A DNA stretch of 64,000 nucleotides from Smithella sp. GTDB lineage: Bacteria > Desulfobacterota > Syntrophia > Syntrophales > Smithellaceae. The notes below the pieces were generated by a model. It did no database searches, was not told the DNA's origin, and was given only the letters and a program-made list of their open reading frames with translations. The stretch lies in contig DATKPG010000017.1 in NCBI GenBank assembly GCA_035524255.1, positions 4,886 through 68,885 of the forward strand, in the 5' to 3' direction. The number at the start of each line of letters is the position of its first letter. Position 1 is the stretch's first letter. The position numbers were made by a program, and so were the translations under genes. Below are positions 20,466-30,098 of the stretch, piece after piece.

Positions 20466-21029
20466 ATGAAAATTTATTTTTTTTGTTTTTTCCTAACTAT
20501 TTGTTTAATTGCCGCAGGCCCGGAAACGCTTCAGGCAAAAGATCAACAAAACGTTAAAAAAGAAGGAGGAAGAACTATGGAAATAAAAAGTTCATCTTTT
20601 AATCATGAAGATATGATTCCAGCCAAATACACATGCGATGGCCAGAATATTTCACCTCCGCTTTTCTGGACTGGCGCGCCTGAAAAAACTAAAAGCTTCG
20701 CGCTTATCTGCGATGATCCCGACGCGCCGGCTGGCACCTGGGTGCACTGGGTAATGTTTGACATGCCGGCCACTGTTAATTCTCTGCCGGAAAAAGTTTC
20801 ACGTCAGGAAGAAATCACGGGATTGGGGAAAAACGGCAAAAACACTTCCGGGCGTTATGGCTACGATGGACCTTGTCCACCGGGCGGCACGCACCGCTAT
20901 TATTTTAAATTGTACGCTCTGGATACCATGCTGAATTTTAAAGCGGGATTGACAAAAGAAGAACTGCTCAAAGCCATGAAGGGACACGCGCTGGCGGAAG
21001 CCCAGTTAATGGGAAAATATAAAAGATAA
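20466..21029 (+). CDS. YbhB/YbcL family Raf-kinase-inhibitor-like (PEBP) protein, secreted
   Basis: It has a signal peptide (MKIYFFCFFLTICLIAAGPETLQA) and PEBP motifs DPDAP..WVHW and GPCPPGGTHRYYFKLYALD. The start is moved from the track start (20439) to the ATG preceded by GAAAGAGGA. Confidence 0.8.
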   Translation: MKIYFFCFFLTICLIAAGPETLQAKDQQNVKKEGGRTMEIKSSSFNHEDMIPAKYTCDGQNISPPLFWTGAPEKTKSFALICDDPDAPAGTWVHWVMFDMPATVNSLPEKVSRQEEITGLGKNGKNTSGRYGYDGPCPPGGTHRYYFKLYALDTMLNFKAGLTKEELLKAMKGHALAEAQLMGKYKR

Positions 21030-21110
21030 TTCTCATAAGACGGTTTCGATTTAATGCCATTTTCTTTAGGGCGGCGCCTGGTGTGGCAACTTAAGCTTTT
21101 ATTGAAGCTA

Positions 21111-22760
21111 TTATTCAAAACAAATTCTGTCTTTTCCGTTTTTTTTGCCGCGGTACATAAGCTGATCAACCCGGCTGACAAAAACTCTCATATCTTCTTG
21201 TTTCTGATATTGCGCGAGTCCTATGCTGACGGTGAGATTGACGTTTTTATCCGGCACCGGAGAAAAATTCTCTTTTTTAAATTCCTCCCGGATTCTTTCC
21301 GCAGTCACAGCTCCATCCTCTTTTGTGCTCATCGGCAAAATGATCGTAAATTCCTCTCCACCATAACGATAGGCCGAAGCTTCCTTCCGCAGGCATCTTT
21401 TTATCACCTGACCCAGCCTAAATAAAACCTGGTCTCCTTCAATATGACCGTAAGTATCATTAAATATTTTAAAATCATCGAGATCAAGAAGCAGCAGCGT
21501 TAATGGATACTCGTGACGTTCGATCCTGTCTATTTCCATTCTAAGCTGATCGTAAAAATGCCTGGAATTATAAAGCTGGGTGAGATCATCAATAATACTT
21601 AATTCGCGATATCTTTCTTCACTCTCCTTTAACTCTCTCTCCAATCTTTTGCGTTCGGTAATATCGCGAGAAACCGCTTGAAAACCTGTGATATTGCCAT
21701 CTTCAACTATTAACTGCGTATTTTGTCCAACCCAAAGTTCACCGCCATCTTTTTTTATTATAGAATATTCCGAATATGAGTTTTGAATTCCTTTGGCCAA
21801 TTGATAACCGAAGAACTTAACGGCGGCATCACGCATGTCCGGACGGATCATAGTCAAATAATGCTTCCCAATAATTTCCCGCTCTTCATATCCTGTAACA
21901 CGGACGGTTGATGTATTGGCGAAGGTAAAATATCCCTTATTGTCAGTCCGTATGACCATATCGTTGGCATTTTCCACCAGCGCCCGATATCGTTCCTCGC
22001 TTTCCCGCAGGGCCTTTTCCGCCTGATTATGGCCTTCGATTTCCAGTTTTAACGCCTGATTAACTATCAGGTAATCCTTGGTCCGCTTAATGACCCGATC
22101 TTCCAATTCCTGATTGATCCAATTAACATTTTCCCGCTCAATTTCTAATTGTCGCCTCATGAAAAAATCACGCCGTGCATATAATTCAATCGCATAACAG
22201 GCCATCATTCCTAACGCGTTCGCACCAATAAAGAAAAAATTGTTGTTGATAAGAACATTAAAGGGAACTGGATGTATCCAGATAGCCGCAATTTCATACA
22301 ATATTACCTGTACCCATCCTGCAAACGTAGCCCAAACAAAAAAGAGACGGATGAGAGTATAGCCCCATATAAGAACAATCATCAGACCGGCATAATAGGA
22401 ATAACTCACTGGCGACGGAGCAATAATGGTCATGCAAATAATGCCCGTTCCGGCCAGAATGTAAACGAACGCCAAAACAGGCTGCATATAACTTTTAAAA
22501 AAATCGGAAAAAGATATTAGTAATAATCCGAAAAGCACGGGACCGACAATAATAAGACGGATAAACCATGTCGTAAACATTTGTTGGGGCATTAAAAGCG
22601 CATCCAGAATACCGAAAGCGGCGTAAATCACAGCGCCCAGAACAAGCAATATGCGGACTTGGTTAAGCGATGCTTTATAATAATAGTTCTGAAATTGCTC
22701 TTCAAGTGTCGACGATTCGCCGGAAAATTTAAGTGTCAGCGGATGCAGGTTCATGTTCAT
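21111..22760 (-). CDS. Membrane-anchored PAS-GGDEF diguanylate cyclase
   Basis: It has a polytopic N-terminal domain of about 210 aa, a coiled-coil, a PAS domain and a GGDEF domain with an intact GGEEF active site. Confidence 0.85.
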   Translation of the reverse strand: MNMNLHPLTLKFSGESSTLEEQFQNYYYKASLNQVRILLVLGAVIYAAFGILDALLMPQQMFTTWFIRLIIVGPVLFGLLLISFSDFFKSYMQPVLAFVYILAGTGIICMTIIAPSPVSYSYYAGLMIVLIWGYTLIRLFFVWATFAGWVQVILYEIAAIWIHPVPFNVLINNNFFFIGANALGMMACYAIELYARRDFFMRRQLEIERENVNWINQELEDRVIKRTKDYLIVNQALKLEIEGHNQAEKALRESEERYRALVENANDMVIRTDNKGYFTFANTSTVRVTGYEEREIIGKHYLTMIRPDMRDAAVKFFGYQLAKGIQNSYSEYSIIKKDGGELWVGQNTQLIVEDGNITGFQAVSRDITERKRLERELKESEERYRELSIIDDLTQLYNSRHFYDQLRMEIDRIERHEYPLTLLLLDLDDFKIFNDTYGHIEGDQVLFRLGQVIKRCLRKEASAYRYGGEEFTIILPMSTKEDGAVTAERIREEFKKENFSPVPDKNVNLTVSIGLAQYQKQEDMRVFVSRVDQLMYRGKKNGKDRICFE

Positions 22761-22989
22761 AATTTATCTATAAATTTATGAATAATTACCAGTTTGCCCA
22801 TATCACTATGGACCCGTAATCATGACATTGCTGAACTTTATTTTTATATAAGTACCATAATTACCGTGAAATAACAATTTCCATAAAAGAGCATACACCG
22901 CAAATATTTGCGTCTGTTATAATCTTTTTGTTCGGGCAAAACTACATTCCGGAAAATGAGGCTTTGAATGAATGTTTAGTAATTTCTTT

Positions 22990-24357
22990 TTAAGAGAGGA
23001 AAATTTTTTCCATACGGCGGCGGTCAATTTTACCGGTGGGTGTTCTGGCTATCGAGGAAACAATTTTAACGCGGCGGGGAACAGCGTAAGCCTCCAGCGT
23101 ATCCATTAAAAGTTTTTTTAAGCGAGTTTCCGTCAGGTCGCAGGCAACAACTGCCGCGATAAAATTTTCCCTTCCCCTCTTTGTTGGAAAAGCCATAACG
23201 ACAGCATCGCTGACCGTAGGCAATGTTTTTATTTTGTTCTGAACATCCAGCAAATCAACTCTTTTTCCGGCAACCTTGACAATACCATCGGTTCTGCCCA
23301 GAAGAACAAAACGTTTTTTCTTGTCTTCACTGGCCTCATCCCCGGTCAGACAGAAGCCATCGGAGGCGTGCCCCATTTCGGGAGAGGTAAACTCGGACTT
23401 AACGGATAGCCTGCTGCCTGTTAGCTTCCAGGATACGACGTCGAATGCTTTCCAACTATCCGTATGCTCACTGATCGAACGCGAAGCAATGCCGCCGGTT
23501 TCCGTGGAGCCATAGATTTCCGTTATTCCCAATCCTGTTTTTTTATAGAAATGCAAACTATCCGAATGGTCCAGCGGGCCGGAAGAAGAAAAAGCGACCC
23601 GAAGAGAAGGAAGCGACAAATTAGCAACTTTCATGGCGCGGTAATGTATGGGCACACTGACCAGCGCAGAAGCTTTATGCTTGTTGGTTATGGAAATAAT
23701 TTCCTGCGGGAAAGTGTAAATATCGGGCAACACCCGTGCATGAGCGACAAAGGGAACTAAAACGGAAAAAAGCAACCCGTAAATATGATATGGCGGAACG
23801 GTGGCCACAAAAAGATCTTTATCCGACAGGGAAAATTTTTCCTTTAAATAAAAAGCTTCAGCAAACAAATTGCGAGGAGATTTAGACCAAACTCTCGGCT
23901 TGCCGGTTGAGCCTCCGGTAAAAAGACACAAAAAAGGCTCATCCGGATCGCGGATGAATTCAGTCCCTGTGTTTTCTATCTCGGCGGGAAGCGGCGTGAT
24001 TATTTCCACTCCGGCCGGCATGTCTTCGGGATGATCGGTTATAGCATAGTTGAAACCTGTGGCATCATACATTTCTGCCATGGCATGGGCGGAAAAAGAA
24101 TAAGGCAAGGCTAATTTACAGGAACCGGCAAGCGCTGCCAGCACGCAGGCAGCGGTAACAGATTTGTTCACAGTACACAAGCAAAGGACTTTGTCAGGGC
24201 CTCGCCCCGCTAAAATTTTTTTCAGGCCGGCGGCTAATTCAAAAACATCGCCATAACTGTACCCTGACAATGTAAATTCTTTTCGGCAAACGGTTTTGGA
24301 TGGCGCCAAAGCCGTCCTATATAAACTGATAAAGGAGTCTTCTTTTATGTCGGTCAT
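22990..24357 (-). CDS. AMP-dependent synthetase/ligase (acyl/aryl adenylating enzyme), divergent from the lipid cluster
   Basis: Adenylation motifs are FTGGSTGKPRV, YGSTETGG and the C-terminal GKIDRR. At 455 aa it is short for a full acyl-CoA synthetase. Confidence 0.8.
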   Translation of the reverse strand: MTDIKEDSFISLYRTALAPSKTVCRKEFTLSGYSYGDVFELAAGLKKILAGRGPDKVLCLCTVNKSVTAACVLAALAGSCKLALPYSFSAHAMAEMYDATGFNYAITDHPEDMPAGVEIITPLPAEIENTGTEFIRDPDEPFLCLFTGGSTGKPRVWSKSPRNLFAEAFYLKEKFSLSDKDLFVATVPPYHIYGLLFSVLVPFVAHARVLPDIYTFPQEIISITNKHKASALVSVPIHYRAMKVANLSLPSLRVAFSSSGPLDHSDSLHFYKKTGLGITEIYGSTETGGIASRSISEHTDSWKAFDVVSWKLTGSRLSVKSEFTSPEMGHASDGFCLTGDEASEDKKKRFVLLGRTDGIVKVAGKRVDLLDVQNKIKTLPTVSDAVVMAFPTKRGRENFIAAVVACDLTETRLKKLLMDTLEAYAVPRRVKIVSSIARTPTGKIDRRRMEKIFLS

Positions 24358-24501
24358 ATTCCGGTAATTTATTCTAATTATTTTTTTCTGGTTTATCGTA
24401 AAAAAAGAAAAAAATCACTTACTTTAAAACGAAATACGATTCTTGTTGACTTCTATGCGGTTTTTTCATTAGCTTATGAAAAAATTTTCTAAAAGTTGCC
24501 T

Positions 24502-24930
24502 ATGCTTGACATTGATATTGATAGCTTGATTCCGCATCGCGAGAAAATAAAAATTATCAATGAAATTATTGAAATAGAAGAGGACTTTGCCATCTGCACC
24601 GCGATCGTAAATCCAGACTGGCCTCTTTATGATGGAGGCTCGGTAAATTCACTGGTCTTAGTCGAGGCCATTGCTCAAACGGCGGCGATTGTTGAGGGTT
24701 ACAATAGAAAAAAGAGGGGCAAATCAGGTGTTAAAGGATGGCTGGTAGGCATCAAGAGGGCTGAATTTAATATAGAGAAAATACCGGCAAACACAAATTT
24801 AATGATCCGCATTACGAGCAAGTATTCTTTTGATAATTATGGAGTGATAGAAGGAACTGTTAAAACAGGGGAAAAAGTTTTGGCCACAGCCACTCTTCAG
24901 GCCCTGCGCCTGAATGAAGACGACCAGTAA
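24502..24930 (+). CDS. Hotdog-fold 3-hydroxyacyl-ACP dehydratase (FabZ/ApeI-like)
   Basis: It has an IPHREKIKIIN motif with a catalytic His, and its length of about 140 aa fits a single hotdog. The track start is TTG at 24496; the ATG at 24502 is preferred. Confidence 0.65.
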   Translation: MLDIDIDSLIPHREKIKIINEIIEIEEDFAICTAIVNPDWPLYDGGSVNSLVLVEAIAQTAAIVEGYNRKKRGKSGVKGWLVGIKRAEFNIEKIPANTNLMIRITSKYSFDNYGVIEGTVKTGEKVLATATLQALRLNEDDQ

Positions 24931-24952
24931 TATTAATAAGGAGTCCCATAAT

Positions 24953-25681
24953 ATGGATGAGAAAAAAACAGCAATCATTACAGGAGCGAGCCGCGGCATC
25001 GGTCGCGCCACGGCCGTGGAACTGGCAAAAGCCGGATATTTTGTAATAATAAACTTTAAATCCAATCAAACAGCGGCGGCGGAAACATTAGATCTTGTAC
25101 AAGCCGCCGGCGGAGCCGGAGAAATTTCTCAATTTGATGTTGCCGATAATGCCCGGACAAAAGATGCTGTTAAAGAGATTGTTCAACAGCATAAAAACAT
25201 TCAAGTGCTCGTTAACAACGCCGGAATAAATGCCGACGGTCTTTTTATGTTATTGGGCGAAGAAGAATGGGACAGCGTCATCAACACAAGTCTGAAAGGT
25301 TTTTATAACATCACGAAACCAATATTGCGCGAAATGGTAAGGCATAAATGCGGTTCCATCGTTTCCGTTTCCTCGCTTTCGGCATTAATGCCCAACCGGG
25401 GGCAGGCAAATTATGCCGCGGCTAAAGCGGGAATCATTGCCGCGTCCCGATCACTTGCCGCAGAAGTGGCGCGTTTTGGCGTTCGCGTTAATGTTGTAGC
25501 GCCGGGTTTAATTGAAACCGATATGATCAAAGACGCACCGGTCGCCGAAATAAAAAAGATGATTCCCATGGCGCGTTTAGGCAAACCGCAAGAGGTGGCA
25601 GGCGTCATTCGCTTTTTGTGTTCAAATGACGCCTCTTATATTACCGGGCAGGTTATTGGCATCAATGGCGGAATTTGCTGA
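24953..25681 (+). CDS. fabG: 3-oxoacyl-ACP reductase (SDR, FabG-like)
   Basis: It has TGASRGIGRA and NNAG motifs and the catalytic S...YAAAK. The RBS AAGGAG lies 8 nt upstream of the ATG at 24953; the track ORF begins at 24914. Confidence 0.85.
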   Translation: MDEKKTAIITGASRGIGRATAVELAKAGYFVIINFKSNQTAAAETLDLVQAAGGAGEISQFDVADNARTKDAVKEIVQQHKNIQVLVNNAGINADGLFMLLGEEEWDSVINTSLKGFYNITKPILREMVRHKCGSIVSVSSLSALMPNRGQANYAAAKAGIIAASRSLAAEVARFGVRVNVVAPGLIETDMIKDAPVAEIKKMIPMARLGKPQEVAGVIRFLCSNDASYITGQVIGINGGIC

Positions 25682-26316
25682 TGAAAATTTACCGCAATTT
25701 ATATATTTTTGTTTGTATCGCCGCCGGTGTCTTTTTTGTTTTCAGTCCGCAAATTTACGCCGGGACGAACGCTTTTGAGAAATTACGTAAAGAATCGGCC
25801 AATCTCAAAACACTCCAGGCCAATTTCGAACAAAAGAAATCCATGAAAATTTTATCCAGGCCTCTGGTCTCGGAAGGCCGTTTTTATTATGCCGCTCCCG
25901 ACTCTATCCGCTGGGAATACGTAAAACCTGTAAGGAGTATTGTCATTGCCCATAATAACAGCACCAAACGCTACATTGATTCCGACGGAAAAATGGTGGA
26001 AAACAAAATGGGCGGCGCGCAGGCAATGAATATCGTGCTGAACGAAATTACCGGATGGATTAACGGCAGATTCGTCCAAAATCTGTCATTTACAGCAGTC
26101 ATCCACGAAGGAACCAATACCATGATAACTTTAACTCCTGTGGGACAAGGCATGGCAGGCTTCATTAAAAAAATAGAGATCGTCCTTTCAGGGAAAGCCG
26201 CAACCGTCAAATCTGTAAAGATTATCGAAGATGCCGATTCCTTCACTCAGATAAATTTTAAAAATGTGGAAATCAATAATACGATCAATCCCTCGGTATT
26301 TCAGGATGTGAAATGA
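25681..26316 (+). CDS. LolA-like outer-membrane lipoprotein carrier protein
   Basis: It has a signal peptide and a LolA pattern (FEQKKSMKILSRPLVSEGRFYYAAPDSIRWEY). Its start overlaps the fabG stop as TGATG. Confidence 0.7.
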   Translation: MKIYRNLYIFVCIAAGVFFVFSPQIYAGTNAFEKLRKESANLKTLQANFEQKKSMKILSRPLVSEGRFYYAAPDSIRWEYVKPVRSIVIAHNNSTKRYIDSDGKMVENKMGGAQAMNIVLNEITGWINGRFVQNLSFTAVIHEGTNTMITLTPVGQGMAGFIKKIEIVLSGKAATVKSVKIIEDADSFTQINFKNVEINNTINPSVFQDVK

Positions 26317-27026
26317 AACGCCTATTATTTTTAATATTCATCATTTTTCTTTCCTCCTGCCAGGCGCTGCCCCAGATGCTGCCTCAGACGCTGCCAATGA
26401 TAAATTCGCCCGTTTCTTCAACCGATCAAAAGGCATTTGCGTGTCCCTATCCTTTCTTAAAAGAAAAATACCGTCTGGTACACGCCGTCGAAACACGTAT
26501 GGCTGGCGATACGCGAGGTACAATTATCGGTGTAACTGTGGCTGATCCCTCCACCCGCTCTGTCTCCTGCGCCATTATGACCGCGGAAGGAATGACGTTG
26601 TTTGAAGCCGAGTCGAGTCAGGGCGAGCTTAAAGTAAACCGGGCTCTGCCACCTTTCGATTCCGCCGATTTTGCAAAAAATATGATTGACGATATTAAAC
26701 TGATTTTTTTCGCGCCGGAAGGGAAACCCCGAATCAAAGGCAATCTTCCCGACGGAGCGGCTGTCTGCCGCTATAGTGAGGAAAACGGGGGTTGGATTGA
26801 CGTATCTTTCAATAAATCAGGGGGCACGGAAATAAAACGCTACTCATCCTCCGGAATACTGAGACGACAGATCAGGTTTAACAAAACAGCAAAAAATATT
26901 TATCAACGCATTGAACTGCAGGCACACGAACAATTTAATTATTCATTATTGATGACCTTACTCGAAGCCCAGCCGGTAAAAAGTAAGGTGCTCCAAACAA
27001 AATCACTCAGGAACACGCAAAGATGA
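26313..27026 (+). CDS. Lipoprotein of unknown function (possibly DUF3261-type, as found beside LolA-like genes in aryl-polyene clusters)
   Basis: It has the lipobox FLSSC. It overlaps both neighbours by 4 nt. The family assignment rests on context only. Confidence 0.5.
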   Translation: MKRLLFLIFIIFLSSCQALPQMLPQTLPMINSPVSSTDQKAFACPYPFLKEKYRLVHAVETRMAGDTRGTIIGVTVADPSTRSVSCAIMTAEGMTLFEAESSQGELKVNRALPPFDSADFAKNMIDDIKLIFFAPEGKPRIKGNLPDGAAVCRYSEENGGWIDVSFNKSGGTEIKRYSSSGILRRQIRFNKTAKNIYQRIELQAHEQFNYSLLMTLLEAQPVKSKVLQTKSLRNTQR

Positions 27027-28498
27027 GAAGTCCTGTAAAAGGCAGAGATATTGTGATCGTCGGTTCCGGTATAGGCGGACTGAGCGCGGGCATTATTTTA
27101 TCGCTTTTAAATTTTCGGGTAACAATTGTGGAAAAAAATCCTCTGCCCGGTGGGTTGATGCGTTCTTATCGCCGTTCGGGATTTGATTGTCCTGTCGGCG
27201 TTCATTATGTCGGCGCTTTGGGCGACAAAGAGCCGTTGGGCAAAATGTTCCATATTCTGGGCATCCCGGTTAATGAACTGTTTATACCTATGGGACAGGA
27301 TGGCATCATCGATCGTTATATTTTTGATGATTTATTTTTCGATTTACCCGCTGGCATCGATGCCATGGAAACCAATCTGCGAAGCGCTTTCCCCAAAGAC
27401 GCGGCGGCGCTGAATGTCGTTATGAAAAATCTGAGCGATATTTCCAGCCGCATGCTGGAACCTTCTTTTTTACTTAATCAGGGCGATCCCTTCCAGAATA
27501 TGGACTATTATCAACCCATGGGAGAATTATTGGATAATTTGGGGGCCTCCGCGGAATTTCGAGCGATATTATCCGTGCCCTGCCAGCTTATCGGCGTGCC
27601 GCTAAATGACTGCCCGGTAATATTTCATCATATCGTTTTAGCAGGTTATTTGTTTTCCTCGTGGAAGCTGAAGGAAAACGGCAGAAAAATGACGGATTTT
27701 TTTGTGCGCCGTTTTCAGGAACTCGGCGGAAACCTTATTCTCAATGATGGCGTTAAAAAAATCTCTCTGGCGAACGGCAAAGTGACAGGCGTTATATTGA
27801 ATTCTGGAATCAGTCTTCCGGCTGATGCTGTTGTTGCCGCCATACATCCGAAGACATTGCTCAATTTGCTGGATGAAAATGCTTTACGTGATTCTCATCG
27901 CCTGCGCATACAGGGGCTTAAAGAAACTGAAGGCGTTATTGCGGTCAACATAAGCGTTAATGCGGCGATGCATCCGGAAATTGATCACAATATTTACCGG
28001 CTCCAAAAAGACGAAAACGGCGTTATCAAAGACGGTGTGTTTTATCAATTACGCGGCGCCAATTCCAGAGAATTCAATTTACTTTCTATTATTACAAAAT
28101 CATTATACAGTGAATGGAGTCGATGGGAAGACACGGCTTCCGGCCGGCGAGGCCGTGATTATGAGGAAAGGAAAATGGGCATCGCCAGGGGCTTGTTGAA
28201 AAACGCTGAAATAATTTTCGGAGACCTGAAAGATGCTCAGATATTGGATGTATATACACCACTTACCGTCCGTGATTATGTAAATTCTCCTGAAGGTTCC
28301 TGTTATGGAGCAATGCGTTCGTCGGGTCAATTGCTTAAGGTAGTTTCGTTAAATAATATTCCTATACCGGGCTTGTGTCTGGCGGGACAAAACGCCATGG
28401 CGCCTGGAGTCATGGGATGCATTCTTGGTTCTTTTAACGCGGCCAGACAAATTATCGGCGATAAAAGGTTTGTTCAGGAAATCAAGTGGGATGCGTAA
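27023..28498 (+). CDS. NAD(P)/FAD-dependent oxidoreductase, phytoene-desaturase (CrtI/CrtD)-like
   Basis: It has the N-terminal dinucleotide fold IVIVGSGIGGLSAG...VEKN and, at about 490 aa, the C-terminal GQNAMAPGVMG motif typical of the amine-oxidase/CrtI family. Confidence 0.75.
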   Translation: MRSPVKGRDIVIVGSGIGGLSAGIILSLLNFRVTIVEKNPLPGGLMRSYRRSGFDCPVGVHYVGALGDKEPLGKMFHILGIPVNELFIPMGQDGIIDRYIFDDLFFDLPAGIDAMETNLRSAFPKDAAALNVVMKNLSDISSRMLEPSFLLNQGDPFQNMDYYQPMGELLDNLGASAEFRAILSVPCQLIGVPLNDCPVIFHHIVLAGYLFSSWKLKENGRKMTDFFVRRFQELGGNLILNDGVKKISLANGKVTGVILNSGISLPADAVVAAIHPKTLLNLLDENALRDSHRLRIQGLKETEGVIAVNISVNAAMHPEIDHNIYRLQKDENGVIKDGVFYQLRGANSREFNLLSIITKSLYSEWSRWEDTASGRRGRDYEERKMGIARGLLKNAEIIFGDLKDAQILDVYTPLTVRDYVNSPEGSCYGAMRSSGQLLKVVSLNNIPIPGLCLAGQNAMAPGVMGCILGSFNAARQIIGDKRFVQEIKWDA

Positions 28499-28576
28499 TA
28501 AATATAAATTATTGAAAAGTAATGCAATATTTGTTAAAAAGCGTCAAATTTAATCCGGAAAGTTAAATCAGAGAAA

Positions 28577-28846
28577 ATGACACGTCAGGAAATTGAACGC
28601 GAAGTAATAATTGTTTTTCAACGCGAGTTTGAAATCGAAAATCCCAGCATGGATGCCGATCTGCGGGAGACATACGAATTCGACAGCATTGATGCCATTG
28701 AGCTTTTACTGGCCATAGAAAATTTTTTGGGTACGGAAATCAGCCAGGAAGAAAAAAAACAAGCCATAAATATCCGCACGATCAATCAGATTTGCGACTA
28801 TATTGAAAAGATCGCGAAAAAACGAAACCTTCTATCACCGGCATAA
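28577..28846 (+). CDS. Acyl carrier protein
   Basis: 89 aa, acidic, with the phosphopantetheine-attachment motif FDSIDAIELL. Confidence 0.85.
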   Translation: MTRQEIEREVIIVFQREFEIENPSMDADLRETYEFDSIDAIELLLAIENFLGTEISQEEKKQAINIRTINQICDYIEKIAKKRNLLSPA

Positions 28847-30091
28847 ATGATTATGGAACGCAGAGTTGTTATTACAGGTTCTTCGGCTATCACGCCTATT
28901 GGTCACGGAAAGGATCAAATTGTCAAAAGTCTGTTAAATGGGGTTTCCGGAATAAAGCCGCTGCGCGAAGATGAACTAATCGGCCGCTATATTCATTCCC
29001 GTGTTTATGGAACGGTGGATTATCCCATTGAATATGATTTCAAAAGAAATCACCGCAAAACCATGGGGCCGGTCTCCTATTACGCCTGTCAAGTGGCCAA
29101 AGAAGTTCTGGAACAATCGGGGCTAAGCGAAGATTTTATCACGTCCGGCAGGCTGGGAGTAGCTTTCGGTTCCATTCACGGCTCTCCGACGGTTCAGAGA
29201 AATATTTACCGAATCTTTTTTGAAGGCAAAGATAAATCGGAATATCAGGGAATCGGCGCGGTGGATTACTTGAAATCAATGGTTCATACGACAGCTGTTA
29301 ATATCACAAAAATGTTTGGCATTACCGGACGCGTAATATCTTCGGGAACCGCCTGCACGACAAGCTCCCAGTCCATAGGCTACGGCTATGAATCTGTCAA
29401 ATTCGGGATGCAGGATGCCATGCTTTGCGGCGGCGCTGATGAATACGATACACTAACCGTAGCTGTTTTCGATAATCTGCTGGCATGCTCCACGGCATTC
29501 AATTCCGAACCTCACAAAACTCCCCGTCCGTTTGATAAATCACGTGACGGGCTTGTGGTGGGTGAAGGCGCCGGAGCGGTCATGCTGGAAGAATATGAAT
29601 TTGCTAAAAAACGAGGAGCGAATATTCTGGCCGAAGTTATCGGGTTTGTCTGCAATAACAACGGCGGCGATATGATTTTGCCGAATTTAACAGGCATCAC
29701 CAATACCCTTAAGCTCGGAGTGGAGAACGCCGGTGTGAACCCTCAGGATATTGACTTGGTCAGCGCCCATGCCACCGCCACAAAGATGGGCGATATCATC
29801 GAAGCACAGGCCATCCATGCTGTCTTTGGCAACAATCCTTGCGTCCTGGGTTTGAAAAGTTATACCGGCCATACCATGGCCGCCTGCGGCGCCATTGAAA
29901 CGATCATGTGTCTGTACATGATGCAGGAAGGATTTATCGCGCCGACATTGAATCTGGATGAAGTTGATGAACGCTGCTCGATGATTAAGCACGTGCAAAA
30001 GATATTACAAGAGCCGGTAACAACGGCGGCTATACAGAATTTCGCCTTTGGCGGAGTCAATACCATCTTAATGATAAGAAAATTTTCCTGA
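28847..30091 (+). CDS. Beta-ketoacyl-ACP synthase (KAS I/II type, Cys-His-His)
   Basis: The active-site Cys is in SSGTACTTSSQSIG and the two His are in SAHATATKMGD and YTGHTMAACG. It ends with NFAFGGVN. Confidence 0.9.
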   Translation: MIMERRVVITGSSAITPIGHGKDQIVKSLLNGVSGIKPLREDELIGRYIHSRVYGTVDYPIEYDFKRNHRKTMGPVSYYACQVAKEVLEQSGLSEDFITSGRLGVAFGSIHGSPTVQRNIYRIFFEGKDKSEYQGIGAVDYLKSMVHTTAVNITKMFGITGRVISSGTACTTSSQSIGYGYESVKFGMQDAMLCGGADEYDTLTVAVFDNLLACSTAFNSEPHKTPRPFDKSRDGLVVGEGAGAVMLEEYEFAKKRGANILAEVIGFVCNNNGGDMILPNLTGITNTLKLGVENAGVNPQDIDLVSAHATATKMGDIIEAQAIHAVFGNNPCVLGLKSYTGHTMAACGAIETIMCLYMMQEGFIAPTLNLDEVDERCSMIKHVQKILQEPVTTAAIQNFAFGGVNTILMIRKFS

Positions 30092-30098
30092 GATTAGA

